From assembly GCA_965649825.1 (NCBI GenBank), contig OZ287702.1:796786-860785 (forward strand): DNA of 64,000 bases, in the 5' to 3' direction. Below are positions 63,359 to 64,000 of the stretch, piece by piece (within the stretch, counting starts at the first letter, position 1; each line of letters opens with the position of its first letter). The position numbers were made by a program, and so were the translations under genes. The notes beneath the pieces were generated by a model, which was not told the DNA's origin, did not search any database, and worked only from the letters and a program-made list of their open reading frames with translations. This stretch comes from Penicillus capitatus. Its lineage: Eukaryota > Plantae > Chlorophyta.

Positions 63359-64000
63359 GGACACTGGAGTATCAGTTTCTGCAGAGTGAATTCGTCTGAC
63401 CAAGGAGCCCTTTGATGCGTACGTCAGTCCATCGCATCCTGCACTCACCAACACAGTTCTCAAGGTAATCTGCAGATGCCTCATGGTCCTTTTTGTACAC
63501 TTCATTTGACAGGCATTTTAAGAAACAGGGTCGAAGGAAGTGGCAGCAGTGGCCTGGACGCAATGACAGAGGCGATTTGGTCAAGATGCTCTGGATCGAG
63601 TCTTTTCTACGAGCCTTTGATCTATCGTCTCGTGAAAAGCGATGAATTCGGCAACAGATTCATCGATCACGACGATGGAAGACACGATTGCTAAATGAGA
63701 GTGGAATCCTGGATCTCGCGATGCTATGGCATTGAGTGTTCTCTGGTGTCTGGACTGGCGTAAAGAAGAAGACTCAGATCACAGACAACGACTTCCAAAG
63801 CCACCCTGGATAGAAGAGAGAGATCAATCCTGTCTCGCCTGGAGTCATGCCCTCGGACAACGATGATCATACAAGCAAACGCCGTTGATCATTCCAAGAG
63901 ACTGGAAACGCCCAGGGAAAACTGGAGTGTATTCTTTGCCAACACTTCACCAGATGATCTGGATCAGATTCGAGGCATAGGGACTCTGAACTCAAGAGTC

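Noticed and set aside
1-64000. Non-standard genetic code (TAA/TAG = Gln, as in some ulvophytes) to explain fragmented ORFs
   Set aside because: Apparent in-frame stops fall inside short introns, and conserved genes end at TAG/TAA (UGD, POC1, ROF1, DNAJC8).
1-64000. tRNA, rRNA or snRNA genes
   Set aside because: No cloverleaf, rRNA or snRNA signature was seen by eye; T-loop-like matches such as GTTCGATTC near 37131 are in coding exons. tRNAscan-SE/Infernal would be needed to exclude them formally.

Overview
Eukaryotic nuclear DNA, about 50% GC, gene-dense, with many short (mostly 45-70 nt) spliceosomal introns and the standard genetic code (TAA/TAG used as stops). Plastid-targeted SufD/GrpE/LRR genes plus centriolar POC1 point to a chlorophyte green alga with a flagellated stage; a bryopsidalean-type ulvophyte is plausible but only inferred. 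About 30 protein genes were assembled by hand from the six-frame track. The left end (1-8 kb) is accessory: a decayed Ty3/gypsy-like integrase between two ~99% identical direct repeats, then a large beta-helix/Cys-rich/multi-TM receptor-like gene carrying a solo LTR and two frameshifts. Next come two P2X-receptor-like channels with C-terminal EF-hands, flanking NDUFAF5 and SufD. A housekeeping block follows: GrpE, two PP2Cs, DNAJC8, V-ATPase E, CDC40, FKBP62/ROF1, POC1, EMC7, UDP-glucose dehydrogenase, importin-5, an RNI-like LRR protein, a PAP2 phosphatase, SURF1, an ankyrin protein and DUF506. The right end is Pro-rich and repetitive, with a 30-bp minisatellite. Top candidates for novel biology are (1) a PIMT (isoaspartyl methyltransferase)-BTB/POZ fusion, a possible CUL3 adaptor for damaged proteins; (2) the P2X-EF-hand pair with homogenised ectodomains; (3) a possible POC1-EMC7 bicistronic locus; and (4) at least six GC-AG introns. 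Two small spliced genes invisible to the ORF track were also recovered. All gene models and alignments are manual; no searches were run. No tRNA, rRNA or CRISPR array was seen.
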